A DNA stretch of 63,703 bases, counting the filler, from Olpidium bornovanus S191 (Eukaryota; Fungi; Olpidiomycota), in NCBI GenBank assembly GCA_017911155.1. It is 26 parts of 26 records of this genome, joined end to end, with 100 filler letters (N's around TTAATTAATTAA, not from the genome) between each part and the next. Parts side by side here need not be neighbours in the genome. Positions count along the whole stretch, not along the records: positions 23,372 to 24,564 come from JAEFCI010010791.1; positions 24,665 to 26,971 come from JAEFCI010009719.1; positions 27,072 to 29,782 come from JAEFCI010004096.1; positions 29,883 to 31,721 come from JAEFCI010011826.1; positions 31,822 to 33,260 come from JAEFCI010004153.1; positions 33,361 to 34,845 come from JAEFCI010008599.1; positions 34,946 to 37,169 come from JAEFCI010005120.1; 19 more parts are not named here. The stretch is one strand, 5' to 3'. The position numbers and the translations under genes are program-made. The notes beneath the pieces were generated by a model, which was not told where the DNA came from, ran no database searches, and saw only the letters and a list, made by a program, of their open reading frames with translations. This document shows, in pieces, positions 24,001 through 36,132 of this stretch (position 1 is its first letter; each line of letters begins with the position of its first letter).

Positions 24001-24379
24001 ATGGGCTTCATGTTCAGCAGGCTGTGGAAACGGCTCTTTTCCACCGAAGAGTGCAAGATCGTGATCGTGGGCCTCGACAACGCGGGGAAGACCACCATTC
24101 TCTACAAGCTGTGCGTTTCTCTCATGATGTTAAGAAGGGGGCCCGTTTTTCAAGTTTTTTTTTTCTTCTTGACCCCATGATCCATACTTGCTCCCTCCCG
24201 GCGGAATTCAATGGGCAGCCTCCCCGTCACAAAAACGGTCGGGGCTGGGGCTGCGGAAGGAAGAAGCATGGTTCTGGCCCCGCCTTGTCTGACATCTCGT
24301 GTTCTCGCCCAACCTCCCGCTCGTCAGATTGATGAACGAGGTCGTGATGACCACGCCGACAATCGGAAGTAACGTCGAG
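24001..24379 (+). CDS. ARL5: ADP-ribosylation factor-like GTPase 5, 3' partial
   Basis: [37 protein letters not shown]|[17 protein letters not shown] (intron 24111..24327). The [16 protein letters not shown] motif is ARL5-type, and the N-terminal MG is myristoylation-compatible. Confidence 0.88.
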
Positions 24380-25271
24380 GTAGGGCGGTCGACCTCCCAG
24401 CAGCGGTTGCCCGGGCCCGACCGAACGCCTCGTTTTCGCAGAAAGGGCGGTCAGAACTGCCCCGAGACTGCCGCTGATACGGCCGCGCGTCACCCTCGAC
24501 CTTGATCGATCCGCCCGCTCGCCCTCGTCCGCGCGCAAAAAAAAAAAAAAAAAAAAAAAAAAAANNNNNNNNNNNNNNNNNNNNNNNNNNNNNNNNNNNN
24601 NNNNNNNNTTAATTAATTAANNNNNNNNNNNNNNNNNNNNNNNNNNNNNNNNNNNNNNNNNNNNCATGTTCACTGAATGCTTGCTGCGAGGTCCATTAAA
24701 CGAGTTTCATCCTTCTGTGTCGTGATTAAGGCAAAGTACGCAACGCCCACCTTCCTTCCTTCCCTCCTTCCTTCCTGCTTTCCACGGTCAGGCGACCAAG
24801 GTCGCGTTAGCGCATTATCACCGGGCCAACACATCTGGGGCGCAAGGGTCGAAACAGGGCTCTGACCAAACAAGCACTGGAAAGGGCAAAAAAAAATCTT
24901 TTGGGCCAAGCAGTATTAGGGGCAACCTCGGCGCTATCTCTGAGGGGGCAAAGCCCGCCGAGGTGTAGCAGATTTTCGTCGAAAGCGTGCAAAATTGCTG
25001 GCGTTCTTTTCAATTCAAAGCTTTCCCTAAAATGTCCAGAGTCGACAATGGGAGGGGGAAGGGGAGGGGGATGTGCGGTTAGTCGCGCCCAAATAAAAAC
25101 GGCCACCCCCGGAACTCCGCCGGTTTCCGGTCCGAACACACACGCCCGCGAACACACACACCCGCGAACACACACACGCACGCACGCACGCACACCACAC
25201 GCTCCCGTCGCCGTCATACAGCCCGCGCCGTCGGCTGGCCCTCGTCGCAGGCTGCTGCGCCGAAGCGGGAA

Positions 25272-26909
25272 ATGGCCGCCGTCGGTGAGCTTGCGCGCTG
25301 ATCGCGCCCACCCTCCCACGCGGCGGGAGCGTGTCGACGCCCCCCCCCCCCACCGGACACCGTTTCGGCGCGGCTGCAAAACACGAACCCGGGTGGGAAG
25401 GGGGAAGGGGGGAGGAAGTCGGAATTTCGCCGAGGCACTGCCCCGAGGCCCTGGTTGTTTGTCCCGGTGTTTGGCGCAATGTGGCCCTCTGTCGCTGCAC
25501 GACTCCGCCACCATTCCCCCCACCATCCCCCCCCCTCCCCCGCCTCTTCCGGACGGAGCCGTGGGACAACGGGTCCGTTGCCTGGGCGGGTCCGCGATCG
25601 CCCGAAAAGCAGATCTCACACGTTATGGATCTTCATCCTCCCCTCCCCCCCTTCCTACCCACCTTTTTTTGCCCTGCGCCAACTCCATTGCAGAAAGAAA
25701 GCGGGAGGAGTTCAAGGCGGCGGACAACAAGATTATCAACGAGGAGTACAAGATATGGAAGAAAAATTCTCCGTTCCTTTACGACCTCCTCGTCACCCAA
25801 GCGACGGTGTGGCCTTCGCTTACCTTTCAGTGGCTTCCGAATGCCGAAAGGTGAGAGACAGAGAGAGGCAGATCCGAGGGAAAGTGGGGAACAGCGGCTG
25901 GGCAAAGGAAAATTGCCAACCGACGTGGACGTTTCTTTTTTCCTTTTTTCTCGTTTTTCTTTCTTTTCCCTTTTTTCCTTTTTCCTTTCCTTTCCCCCAC
26001 TCTTTTCCTTCCTTCTTTCTCTGTTCTTTCTCCTTTTTCTTTCTCGCGCCTATACGTTTCTTGTGCGTTTTTTTAACTGGCTCGCCCCGCGCGGCCCGCC
26101 TGTCAAAAAACGTTTCCAAAAAAACAATAACCAAAAAAGCAGGACGGACAGCAACGATTACAGCGTCCACAGGTTCCTGTGCGCCACCCACACGTCAGGA
26201 GCCGAGCCAGAGTTTTTGCAGATCGCCGAGGTGCAGCTGCCAGACCTTGCGGCAGACGCAGAAGCGCGCAGGTTCGAGGAGGACAAGAAAGGTGCGCGCC
26301 AAAGCCCCACGCAGGGAAGATCTCGACGAGCGTTTGTGAGGGATGGGGTGGGGATTCGGGAAAAATTTTTTGCGGCCGGATTTTCGGCGTTTTGTGGCGA
26401 TTTCCTCGGCGGCCGCGCTGTTAGAAAACGGAGATGTTTGCGTGTACGGTATATGCCGCTTCTTTTTCAATTCACTTTTTTGCTCTGTTTCTTTTTCTTA
26501 CGTCGTCCCGGGTTTTCCTTTTCCTCGCTTTTTTGTTTGGTTTCTTTCCTTTCATTGGATGCGTGCCCAAAGGCGACTACGGCGGCGCAGAATCGCGTAT
26601 AAAAATTATTCAACGAATTCCCCACGAGCGAGAAGTTAATCGGTGAGACAACTGCCCTATAAGATTTTGGCAGCCGGCATGGCACCTGGCAGGAATTTTG
26701 TGGCTCCTGTACGGTTCACGCCCCGGTAACCCTCGTTTCTACATTTTTTTGGCCAGTGCACGGTACATGCCTCAGAACCCCGACCTTATCGCTACAAAAA
26801 CCGTTGCTGGCGAGGTGCACGTCTTTGACCGGACGAAGCACGTGTCACAACCCGCCGAAGGCGCGCTCAGCAAGCCGCAGATTCGTCTGCGCGGCCACGA
26901 CCAGGAAGG
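25272..26909 (+). CDS. RBBP4: Histone-binding WD40 protein RBBP4/Msi1/Hat2, 3' partial
   Basis: [71 protein letters not shown]|[15 protein letters not shown] and [10 protein letters not shown]. Predicted first exon ATGGCCGCCGTCG|GTGAGC at 25272. Confidence 0.93.
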
Positions 26910-27299
26910 GTACGGGATTGCTTTTTGTCCTTCGTGTTAAATTTTTGCAAAGTCCCGATCCTTGACAAAAANNNNNNNNNNNNNNNNNNNNNNNNNNNNN
27001 NNNNNNNNNNNNNNNTTAATTAATTAANNNNNNNNNNNNNNNNNNNNNNNNNNNNNNNNNNNNNNNNNNNNCATGAGAGATGTGGGCGGCAAGGACGTGA
27101 ACACACTACGGCAGCCCAAAAGCGGGACCAGGCCAAAGCAAAACGTGCAAAAGTTAGCGGTTGCGGAGAACTATATCGTCAGGATAACGTTTTGCCTACC
27201 ATTATTAGGTCCTCGCCCTGCTGAATGGTTCGAGCTGCGTACAGGCAAGTGCACAGATTACGACGCAAACAGCATCGGTGAAGTACCGTGCCATCTTTA

Positions 27300-27980
27300 A
27301 CCTTTAATCGGTGGCGCTTCTTGAGTGAGATGAAACGTTGGTTGTGAAATACTATAGGACGTTTTCGACGCTTGGCATACCGTGTAGAAGACCCGTCCAC
27401 ATGCAGCACGAAAACGCGTTACTAATCGGGCCCGCGCGGAATCAAAATGGGACTTTAATTAATGCTCCGTCACGTTCGGAAACAAAAGCGCATGCCGGAT
27501 AAGACTCCACGGGTCGTTCGTACCGCCCGAAGAAAAATCCAAGAGGCGGAGGGCGGTCTCAAGCTCCCCTTTAAAGAGCAGATGAAGCGTGGCCAAAGAT
27601 TCGCGAAGGTTCGCGCTTGTGTTGGACATTTCTCGCGACGGGGCATCGTTGACAGTAACGTTACCATGCGCACTTGCAAGCTCTTCAAAGAGCGCATTCA
27701 CTAGGTGATTGTAGGTGCATGATCCTCGGCGGGTTGCGTCGCCACGCAACATGTCGAACTGGATTTTTATTATTATTTTGCTTTTGACGCCGGTTGGATG
27801 AATGAGATACGTGCACTGGCCCTGTCTTTCATGGGCAAACTTCTGCCTGGCCCTGATGTTTCGCAGGTTGCCAGTCTTCGTGGAGCAAAATGTCAGTCCG
27901 CGGTGCTGTGCTCCACTGCCAATGACCACGGGTGCGTCCAAACCCAAACGTTGCGATACGCGGTCGAGCGACGTAACCAA
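27300..27980 (-). CDS. Unidentified helical protein exon(s), divergent from DSN1
   Basis: ORF 27459..27980 includes HLVNALFEELASAH...NLRESLATLHLLFKGELETALRLLDFSSGGTNDPWSLIRHALLFP, which is amphipathic-helical. Family not recognised. Confidence 0.3.
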
Positions 27981-28466
27981 GAGTCAGCACAGGCGGAGCA
28001 TTTCGAGGCTCGCCGTTTACCGCGAGACACGCACGCCGAATTTCCTCACTGTATGCGCTCCCCGCTAATCGGCGACCAGCGGCTTTCGCAGTGGAAATCC
28101 GGCGCTTTGAGGGCCGCTTGGCGGTGTGATCTCGGTGGGGTGCGGGGTCGGGTGGCGGTTTCCTGTGTTCCTGCGCGGTAGCACGCGAGTGCGGTGCGCG
28201 CACGCTGCTTGTCGCCTCGTCCGGCCTTGACTCGGTGCGCCGGGCAACCGCGTCCGCGCAGGCTGGCCAGCCAGAGCTCGCGCTTCTCGTCGTCGTCGAA
28301 AGTCGCCGCGCTTTTGCCGCGGGGCCCTGCGGCGGGTGCGGGAGTGCCGCGCCGCGGAGAGAGGGGGCGAGGAGGTTTTCCGACGGGCAGCAGCCAAAAA
28401 CCGGGACCAGGAAGGAGGTCGTTCGCGACCGCCGCGTTGTTTCCAAACGAAAAGGCCAAGCCGACC

Positions 28467-29731
28467 ATGACCGCGACCGCGTGCCCGGACGACGCCTTAG
28501 CCGCACCCCAGAAGAGTAGGGCGAGGAAAAAGGCGCCCGCGAAGAAAACAGCGACGGCGGCGCGAAAGGCAGCGGTCGCGGCCGCAGCGAACGGCACCGT
28601 CGTCCGGGCCGAATCACGCGAACCCCGCGGTTCGACCAAAAGGCGAGCAGTTAGCCGGGTCCCGGCCAGGGGCCGGACGACCGCAAAGAAACGACCGCCA
28701 AGGCCGGCCGCGCCTGAAGTGAGTTCTGACCTCAGCTCGGTGCTGGGCTCCGAGTTCGGCTGGGCGCGGCAGGGGGGCACCGGGGGGGAGGAACTGGATG
28801 CCAATGTCCGAGGGAAGCCTAGGACGGACGCGGACGCCAGCGCGTACGCTCCTGCCGACGTTGCCGCCTGGGCAGACACCAGCGGAGATGCGGACATAAG
28901 TGTCTGCGCGGACGTAAGTACCGACGCGGACATCTACGTCCCCGTCCGTCCGCGTACACGTCAATCCGCCAGGCCCGCCCCGGAATTAGCCGACGTAACG
29001 GACGTGCAAAAGAGCCCCTGCCGGAGCGAGGGTAAGCGGAAAGGCGGCCCGGCGAAGTCACCACCAGTTTCGATGCCGGAGAACTCGCGAATCAAGAAGG
29101 TGCGATTTTTGACGGCGACGGCCCCCGAGCGAGTAGAGCATGACCTTGACGCCGTTGCAAGGTGCGTCAGGGTTTCCCCATGCTTTGGCTTCCCGGTCAA
29201 TTTCCGTCAGCCCAAGCAATTTTTCTAATTTCATTTGTTAGGAGCGTGATGGAAACAGTTGTCTCCAGACCACAGCAGTCCATGGTGCGTGACATCCTGC
29301 TCCGGCTCGCTGAGAGTGCGGCCAACAACCGGGACTCGCTGGGTGGGCAAGTCATCGTGGGCGGGCCCACGGCGGCTGAAGACGTAGAAGACACGTCTGC
29401 GTTGCGGCGCATGAGCGTTGCTATGCGGGGAAAGCGAGCGAGCGTGCTCGCACAAGAGAACATACTTTGTGAGTGCTTGGACGTCGTGTGCCTCACATTT
29501 TTGAATGATTCAAAGTTGGTCCGGGCTGTTGTGGACGGTGATTAACAATAGTGGCTGGTGGTCGGAAACAGCCCTGCCGCACCCCGACGTACCGGTCGAG
29601 TTGTACTATAAGCACACAGAAGCCACAGCTCCGCCTCCTCACCGTATGAGCCAGCTTATTGCCTGGAGCGCCAAGAAGGTTGAGCCCGTTCTGCCGAAGG
29701 CGGAGACGGAGCGCCACGGGGACCTCAGTAG
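28467..29731 (+). CDS. DSN1: Kinetochore MIS12-complex subunit Dsn1/Mis13, 3' partial
   Basis: RRMSVAMRGKRAS followed (after intron 29469..29571) by LPHPDVPVELYYKHTEATAPPPHRMSQLIAWSAKK matches the fungal Mis13/Dsn1 signature RRSS-x-RGKRAS...PHPDV...FYKHI...PEPxRMxQLLxW. Intron 29162..29241. Start ATG 28467 is tentative. Confidence 0.8.
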
Positions 29732-29954
29732 GTGAAGCGGAAGTTTTCGACATTGTGGTGGATTTGCGAGGAAGTTGCATGGNNNNNNNNNNNNNNNNNN
29801 NNNNNNNNNNNNNNNNNNNNNNNNNNTTAATTAATTAANNNNNNNNNNNNNNNNNNNNNNNNNNNNNNNNNNNNNNNNNNNNAAAAAAAAAAAGGAAGGG
29901 GGGGGGGGGAGGGGGGCGGGCGGGGGGGGAGGCGGGGGGGGGGGAGGGGGGGGG

Positions 29955-30009
<55 letters not shown>

Positions 30010-30323
30010 CTACGGAGACTTGACCGCGTCCTTCCCCAGCCACTTCGCAGGGACGAGCCTGCTCCACATCTTGAGCGCGACGCCGCGGAAGTAGGCGTGG
30101 CGCCCGGCGAGCGTCCCGACGGTGACCAGCATCATGGAGTAGCCCGGCAGGGTGGTGAGAATGTACGCGACCCGAAAACTCCACGGCCCCTCTTTGAACG
30201 TGCCTTAACAACGAGCAGCCAAACAGCGAAACGTCGACAGGGGGCCCGCGTTGTGGAAAAAAAAAAGAAAAAAAAAAAAAAAAAAATGCAGTAAGCTCAG
30301 GGACGAAAAGTGCAGGCAGGTCC

Positions 30324-30370
<47 letters not shown>

Positions 30371-30998
30371 CCGACGGCCCATGGGCGACTGATTCCTTGC
30401 CTGGGAAGGTAGTGAAAAAAAGAAAGAGAAAAAAAAGGGGGGGAAAGGGGGAAGGGAGAGGATGCCCACCTTTGAAGCCCATGAAATCGTTCACAAACGG
30501 CCGCACTAGAAGCATGGTGGAGCTCCCTGTGACCGCGAAAACAGCCATCACGACGCCCCACTCCTTCCACCAGGAGGGGCTGAACCGTTCCAGCTTCGAG
30601 AAGTCCGGCGTGCGGTCGCGGAACGGCGCGGTCAAGAAGCCCCGCCGGCCCTGCAGGAGACGGTCGCCGCGGGGCGCGCCGCCCGGCCAAACGCGCCGCA
30701 CCGGCGGCGAAGTGCCGGCGCGGGGGGTCGCCCGGCTCGACAGGAAGCCGAACTTGGGGCGCGGCGCGACCGGCGGGACGGCCGCGGCCGCGGCGGCGGA
30801 GCCGCGCCGCCGGCGCGGCAGCCGCGCGCAAGAGGCTCCAGGGACGGCGGCGGCAAAGAGCCCTCGCGCGCTCTTGGCCGGCAGCGCGGGCCTCGGGGCG
30901 GGCGGTCTCCGGGCGGCCGCCGGCTTCGCGGGCGCCCGCGCGGGAGCTGCGGCGGCGGCGGCCCTAGAGAGGACGGGGAAGTGCAGGCTGCCGGCCAT
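30010..30998 (-). CDS. DUF6787-like two-TM membrane protein with R/A/S-rich N-terminal presequence
   Basis: Exon 1 (30998..30470) ends WWKEWGVVMAVFAVTGSSTMLLVRPFVNDFMGFK. After intron 30469..30204, exon 2 reads GTFKEGPWSFRVAYILTTLPGYSMMLVTVGTLAGRHAYFRGVALKMWSRL...*. This resembles the recalled VFAITGSS...P-Y-x-x-L-L-x-x-G-x-L-x-G-x-x-x-F-F...KM pattern of DUF6787. Confidence 0.72.
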
Positions 30999-31678
30999 CG
31001 GCGTCTTTCGGAACACGAGACACGGCCTTCGTCGGTGGTGGTCGGCGGTCGGCGGTCGGCGGTCGGTGGTCGGTGGGTGAGGGCTGGGGCGGCGGCCGCG
31101 TGTGTTTCCGCGCGGGGGACGTTCGGGTCCGCGACGCCGCACACTCTCCGCCCGCCGCCCCTTTTTTTGCCTCCGCCCCCCTTTCGGGAGAGGCGCCCCC
31201 CTTCCCCGCCGAGAGGTTGCTTGTTCCACACGGGCCGACCGGTCGCCCGCGGATCCAAATGATAACAATGCAGAGCGAAACAAAAAAAAAAAAAAAAAAA
31301 AACAACCACGGGCAACCATAGCCCCTTCTTCTCCCACCCTTCCCCATCTTCCCCGGGCCTCAGAAGTAACTAAGAAGCTTTCCCCTTCTGATGCGTTGCA
31401 AATGTGATCGGAAGCGTAGTCGCATTTCCCTCCGGTTCGCCTCTGCCAATTTGTGGCCATCGAGTCAACTGCCGCACGCCTGCTGGCGAGGAAAGAAAAA
31501 AAAAATAAATAAAAAATAAAAGAAGATTAAAGAAAAATATAATTCGGCTTCTTGTTCTATTCTTTTTTTATTTGATTTTATTTTATTTTTTTTTTTTTTT
31601 GCAATGAGCTCCGTTCGGCATCTTGGCAGCGCGCGCCGGGGCGTGCGGGGAGGAGGAGGAGGAGGAGGTGGTGGTGGT

Positions 31679-31716
<38 letters not shown>

Positions 31717-32054
31717 TAGAANNNNNNNNNNNNNNNNNNNNNNNNNNNNNNNNNNNNNNNNNNNNTTAATTAATTAANNNNNNNNNNNNNNNNNNNNNNN
31801 NNNNNNNNNNNNNNNNNNNNNGTCACAAGGGGGCGTTGGCCGAGGCGAGAAGGTACCGAGCAGTCAGGATTTTCCGCACAGTCCCGCACTTTACTTTCCG
31901 TCCAATTAGTTTTCCCATTTTACCATACTTCTCCTTCTCCCGCTTTACCGTATTTCCCCGTCAACCCAAACTTCATATTTCCCTTCTTTTCTCTATTCCG
32001 TCCTCGAGGGAGGGGGGGTGTTGCGCCCGAAATATTTTTACCGCTCTCATACTA

Positions 32055-32755
32055 CTACCACCCAACGTAGCCCAAAACGAAAACACCAAAATAAAAACGA
32101 CATTTCTTGGCCGACATCATCCATTGGAGGGACTGATGATCGGTTTCGACGGTGAACGGGTCACCGAGCAAATATGGGCGAAAATAATCGCAGGCCCAGA
32201 CAATCGCGAGCGCTTCTTTCTCCTGGGTGGTGTATTTCAATTCGGCGGAAATCAACGAGCGAGAAGCGTAAGCGACAACGTGGTTTCGACCGTCAAGTGC
32301 GGATTGGTGAAGGACGGCACCAATGCCTGCATAAGACGCATCGGTCTGCAACGTAAATCGAAACTTGCTGGGGAAATCGGGCATCCGAAGGACGGGGGCT
32401 GTCGTAAGTCGAGTCTTCAACGTTTTGAACGCGTTGGACTCAGCGGCAGTCCATCGAAACGGAACGGACGGGCGCATAAGTGCATATAACAGGTGTGCAA
32501 TCGAAGCAAAGCGATCGATGAACTTGCGATAATACGATGCAAGCCCAAGAAAGCACTGGACGTCGGCCACGGAAGACGGAGTCAGCCAATCAGCGACGGC
32601 AGCGACTTTTCGTGGATCTGGGCGAAACGAGATGGTCAAGATACATAACATCAGCGCAACAAAACGAGCACTTCTTCGCTTTCATACGCAAGCCGACTTC
32701 GTTAAGACGATCGAAGACGCTGCGAAGATCGACGAGGTGTTGTTCGAACAGTTGC
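32055..32755 (-). mobile_element. Degenerate Ty3/gypsy retrotransposon (RT C-terminus, connection, RNase H)
   Basis: LFEQHLVDLRSVFDRLNEVGLRMKAKKCSF...YLDHLVS, then a frameshift, then PDPRKVAAVADW...FLGLASYYRKFI...APVLRMPDF...LQTDASYAGIGAVL...VAYASRSL...YTTQEKEALAIVWACDYFRPYLLGDPFTVETDHQSL. Confidence 0.95.
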
Positions 32756-33260
32756 AAGTAGACAGCTTTTAGGAGTCTTTGTCTTTTTTTTCGCTTTTAT
32801 TAAAGAAGTAGAAGTACAAGAACAGGGAAAAAGTATTCGCGACTTGGCGCCTTTTATTCTTTGTGTTGGGGGTTTTCCTTTTTGGAAGTTGGGAAGTTGG
32901 GTGAGGAAAAACAACCCTGCAACGAGTGGGGCTTGCTATTTATGCCCACCACCGTTGCCCAACCTTGGCACCATGGTTGACGGTTGTGCCATTCCCATGG
33001 TCCTTTGCCCATGGTTGACGTGGTGTTCCGCGTGGCGTTCACGCGGCCTGCCGCCTGTGCTCACGCGGTTGACCTTTGACCATGGTGCTTTGACCATGGT
33101 CAACGCGTGGTGTTCACGAGGTCACCGTTGCGGCCCCTTTGCCGGCGCGGCCACCTTGGCCGCCTGCGTGGTTCACGCGGCCAGCTCCATGGTTCACGCG
33201 GCCACCGCCGCGGCCACCTTGGCCGCCTGCGCGGTTTACGCGGCCGCCTCCATGGGTCAA
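32756..33260 (-). repeat. LTR-like segment with tandem/motif repeats (63-bp unit; 7x CCATGG)
   Basis: Near-duplicate unit at 33146-33208 and 33209-33260. CCATGG at 32971, 32995, 33009, 33080, 33094, 33187 and 33250. On the minus strand, TATA-like CATAAATAG (32944-32936) is followed by AATAAA (32801-32796), abutting the gypsy RT. Confidence 0.55.
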
Positions 33261-33443
33261 NNNNNNNNNNNNNNNNNNNNNNNNNNNNNNNNNNNNNNNN
33301 NNNNTTAATTAATTAANNNNNNNNNNNNNNNNNNNNNNNNNNNNNNNNNNNNNNNNNNNNCATGAGGTTATAAACCGGCCTTTTGATTTTCTGAAATTGC
33401 GACAGCGCCCTATCATTAACAGAACGAAATTTCAGGCAAGCGT

Positions 33444-34681
33444 TCAAATGTTTCGTTCAGAATCCTGGCAGAGCGCATACCCATCCAATGGAGATGTCAT
33501 CTTGTCCGCGAAGCTTGGTTTTTCTTCTGCGTAGAGACGGCCGCGAGCATCACGGCCCTTTGTAGGTCGGCCAATTGGCCGCACGTCATCGCCGTCAGCT
33601 TTCCCGTTCAGACATCGATCAAGATGCCGATTGATGTACCGGTACTGGTACCTCTGCCCGCAAACCGGACATTCGGTGGGAGCATCGTCTAAGGAACTGT
33701 GGCCGTGAGCAGTGGAGAATGAACGTGCACCCGAAAGCACCGTCGTAGCAATTAAGAGGGGCGCACCTGTCAATTCCGCACTTGCACGCTGATCTTCGTC
33801 AGACGAGATGTCGATTCCCCGGTCGGAAGCGGCCGATGCTTTTTTTTTGCCTTTCCTGGGTTGAAAATCTACGGAACTCTCGGTGTCGCTCAAAAAATCT
33901 TCGTTTGATTGGCTAGCCGCTTTCGCTGCCCGGCGGGGAAGTTTCCGCGTCGCCCGGTTGTGTTTGGGCGGCTGAGGGCTCCGCTCCAACGTCCGGAGCT
34001 TTTCCCCGTCCTTGTCGGCTGTGCCGGAATGGAACGCTCGTAACGCTTCCAGAAGCAGCGGCCTGACAGGCCGGAAAGGTACCTTTAACTCGGTGGTCCG
34101 CGCTGATGAACGCAGGCACCTGCGGCGTCCAGCGCACGGTCACAAACCTTGCGGACCGAAAGCATCCCACGACCGATTCCAGTGTCGTCTCCTTTCGTAG
34201 ATCGGGTATGCGAGCCGGCGCGCGGCAAGACGGACAAAACTCGGCAACGTCCAAACAGCGCCTCGCGCACAACGAACAGAACGTATGCGAGCAAGGCCTG
34301 TTGAGCCGACGCGAAACGAAAGGAGCTTGTGAGACGAGCATATCTTCACCCGCAGAGAGCCCCCTTCATCCTTTCCGCACGCCGGGGGAAAACAAAGAAA
34401 GTGAGCACCGTCGCGCCCGCTTATTATTTTTTTCTCTGTCTATCTTTTCTTTACAGGATCACTGGAGCGGTGAGCAACTCCTTGCATACGTTACACCGCA
34501 GCGCGAAGTCGAGTGCTGCGGCCTCCTCGGCCGGCCATTCCTCCGGGTCCCCCTCGTCGTCGTCCAGGCCGGCAATGGGCGGCGGCAGCGGCTGCGCTCC
34601 TCGCCGGCTGCTCTCCCTGAGGCGCTGCTGCTGCTGCTGCTGCTGGTGCTGGTGCTGGTGATGCAGAGGCCGCTCGTCCAT
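33444..34681 (-). CDS. RAD18: Postreplication-repair E3 ubiquitin ligase Rad18, 3' partial
   Basis: RING ALDFALRCNVCKELLTAPVIL|PCSHTFCSLCARRCLDVAEFCPSCR (intron 34454..34298), then LRKETTLESVVGCF and a UBZ4 finger CPVCGQRYQYRYINRHLDRCL. Confidence 0.9.
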
Positions 34682-34779
34682 GTCTGACGGAGCGGGATGC
34701 GCGCGTGTGCGCTGGCTGGCGGCGCGCGGCCGGGGGACGGAGCCGGGGGAGAAGGAAAGGCCAACGAACTTCGGCTCCT

Positions 34780-34827
<48 letters not shown>

Positions 34828-36132
34828 AAGACACGGGGCATGGGGNNNNNNNNNNNNNNNNNNNNNNNNNNNNNNNNNNNNNNNNNNNNTTAATTAATTA
34901 ANNNNNNNNNNNNNNNNNNNNNNNNNNNNNNNNNNNNNNNNNNNNCCCTCCGCCGACTCGCGAAATGGGATCCACACAGCGTTGCGTTCGATGCCCCCAA
35001 CCGCCGCCCACCAGACACCACCGGCCCCCGTTTTCCTTTCTGGTCGTTGTTGCTTTCCTCCACGCCAGCACGCCTTTTTTTTTTCTTCGACAAATGACAT
35101 TGCAACCTCCACTTAAGTGTGTAATTTTGACAAGGCATTAAAAAAACACAAAAGCAAACCCTTCACCGAAAACGGGGAATGCAACGAGCTACGACCAACG
35201 ACCGTGCTGATGCCAATTTCGAACCGGGCACAGCGACGCGTTCCGCGTGCCCGCCAATCAACACGAAGTGGGAAAATCGAGAGAGAGAGGGCGGGAAGTG
35301 GGAGGAGGTGCGGGGGAAGGTGGGGCCGCAAGTTCATCTATCGCAAGTTCATCTATCGCGAAATTCTCGGATCCTTCGTGTATCTCGGGGTTTAGCACTG
35401 ACCGTCCCTTGTGGATCGTTGAGGACTTGCTCGTAAATCCTCATATTAAGAAGATGTCGGGTATGCTCGCAGTTCCGGCTCCTCCCCGCATTGAAGCAAC
35501 CCGCGGCTGGGTGGTGTCGTCCCGCGGAACTGCTTCATGTCCGGAAAGTGCTTCCTCGCCGCGTGGGACGGGAGTTCCTGCCTCTAACAATTGGGGATCG
35601 TTCTTCGCGGTCAAGCCGGATATTTGCGGAGCGCGTTTCAATTCTGATTGCGTAGCACCTGCGAGAGCGAGCCCTCGCCGCAGAAAAAAAAAAAAGATTC
35701 CCCGCGTCCAGGGCGCCTCGGCAGCTCGCATGCGTGCGGGGGTCCAACGCCGACTCCTACAAAATAAAATAACAAAAAAACCGCATGTTCGTTCACGTGT
35801 GCGGGTTTCTGTATCCTAGGCAACCGGAGGATTTCTATTTTTTTTCCCTCGCCTTTTCTTATTTTTCTCCTGCTCGCTCGAGTCGCGCGCCGAAACCCGG
35901 ACCACACGCCGGGCGAGCGGGAAAACCTGCCCGCAGAGGCGGAGCCGGTCTGCCGCACGTGACTGCAATCCGCCCTTTCCTGAAAATTTTCCCCGCAGAA
36001 CACCGAGAAGTTCATTTCGGGCCGCGGGGCATCTTTAAGAGAACATTGGCCCCGGCCGGTCGACTCCACACCTCGGACAAGTGAGGGTGGGACGGAAGGG
36101 AAGGGAAGCCCGGGGAGGGAAGCCGGGAGAAG

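Noticed and set aside
30010-30998. DUF6787-like and SDR contigs as bacterial contamination
   Set aside because: Both are interrupted by GT-AG introns that restore conserved reading frames and share the host's homopolymer-rich intron style.
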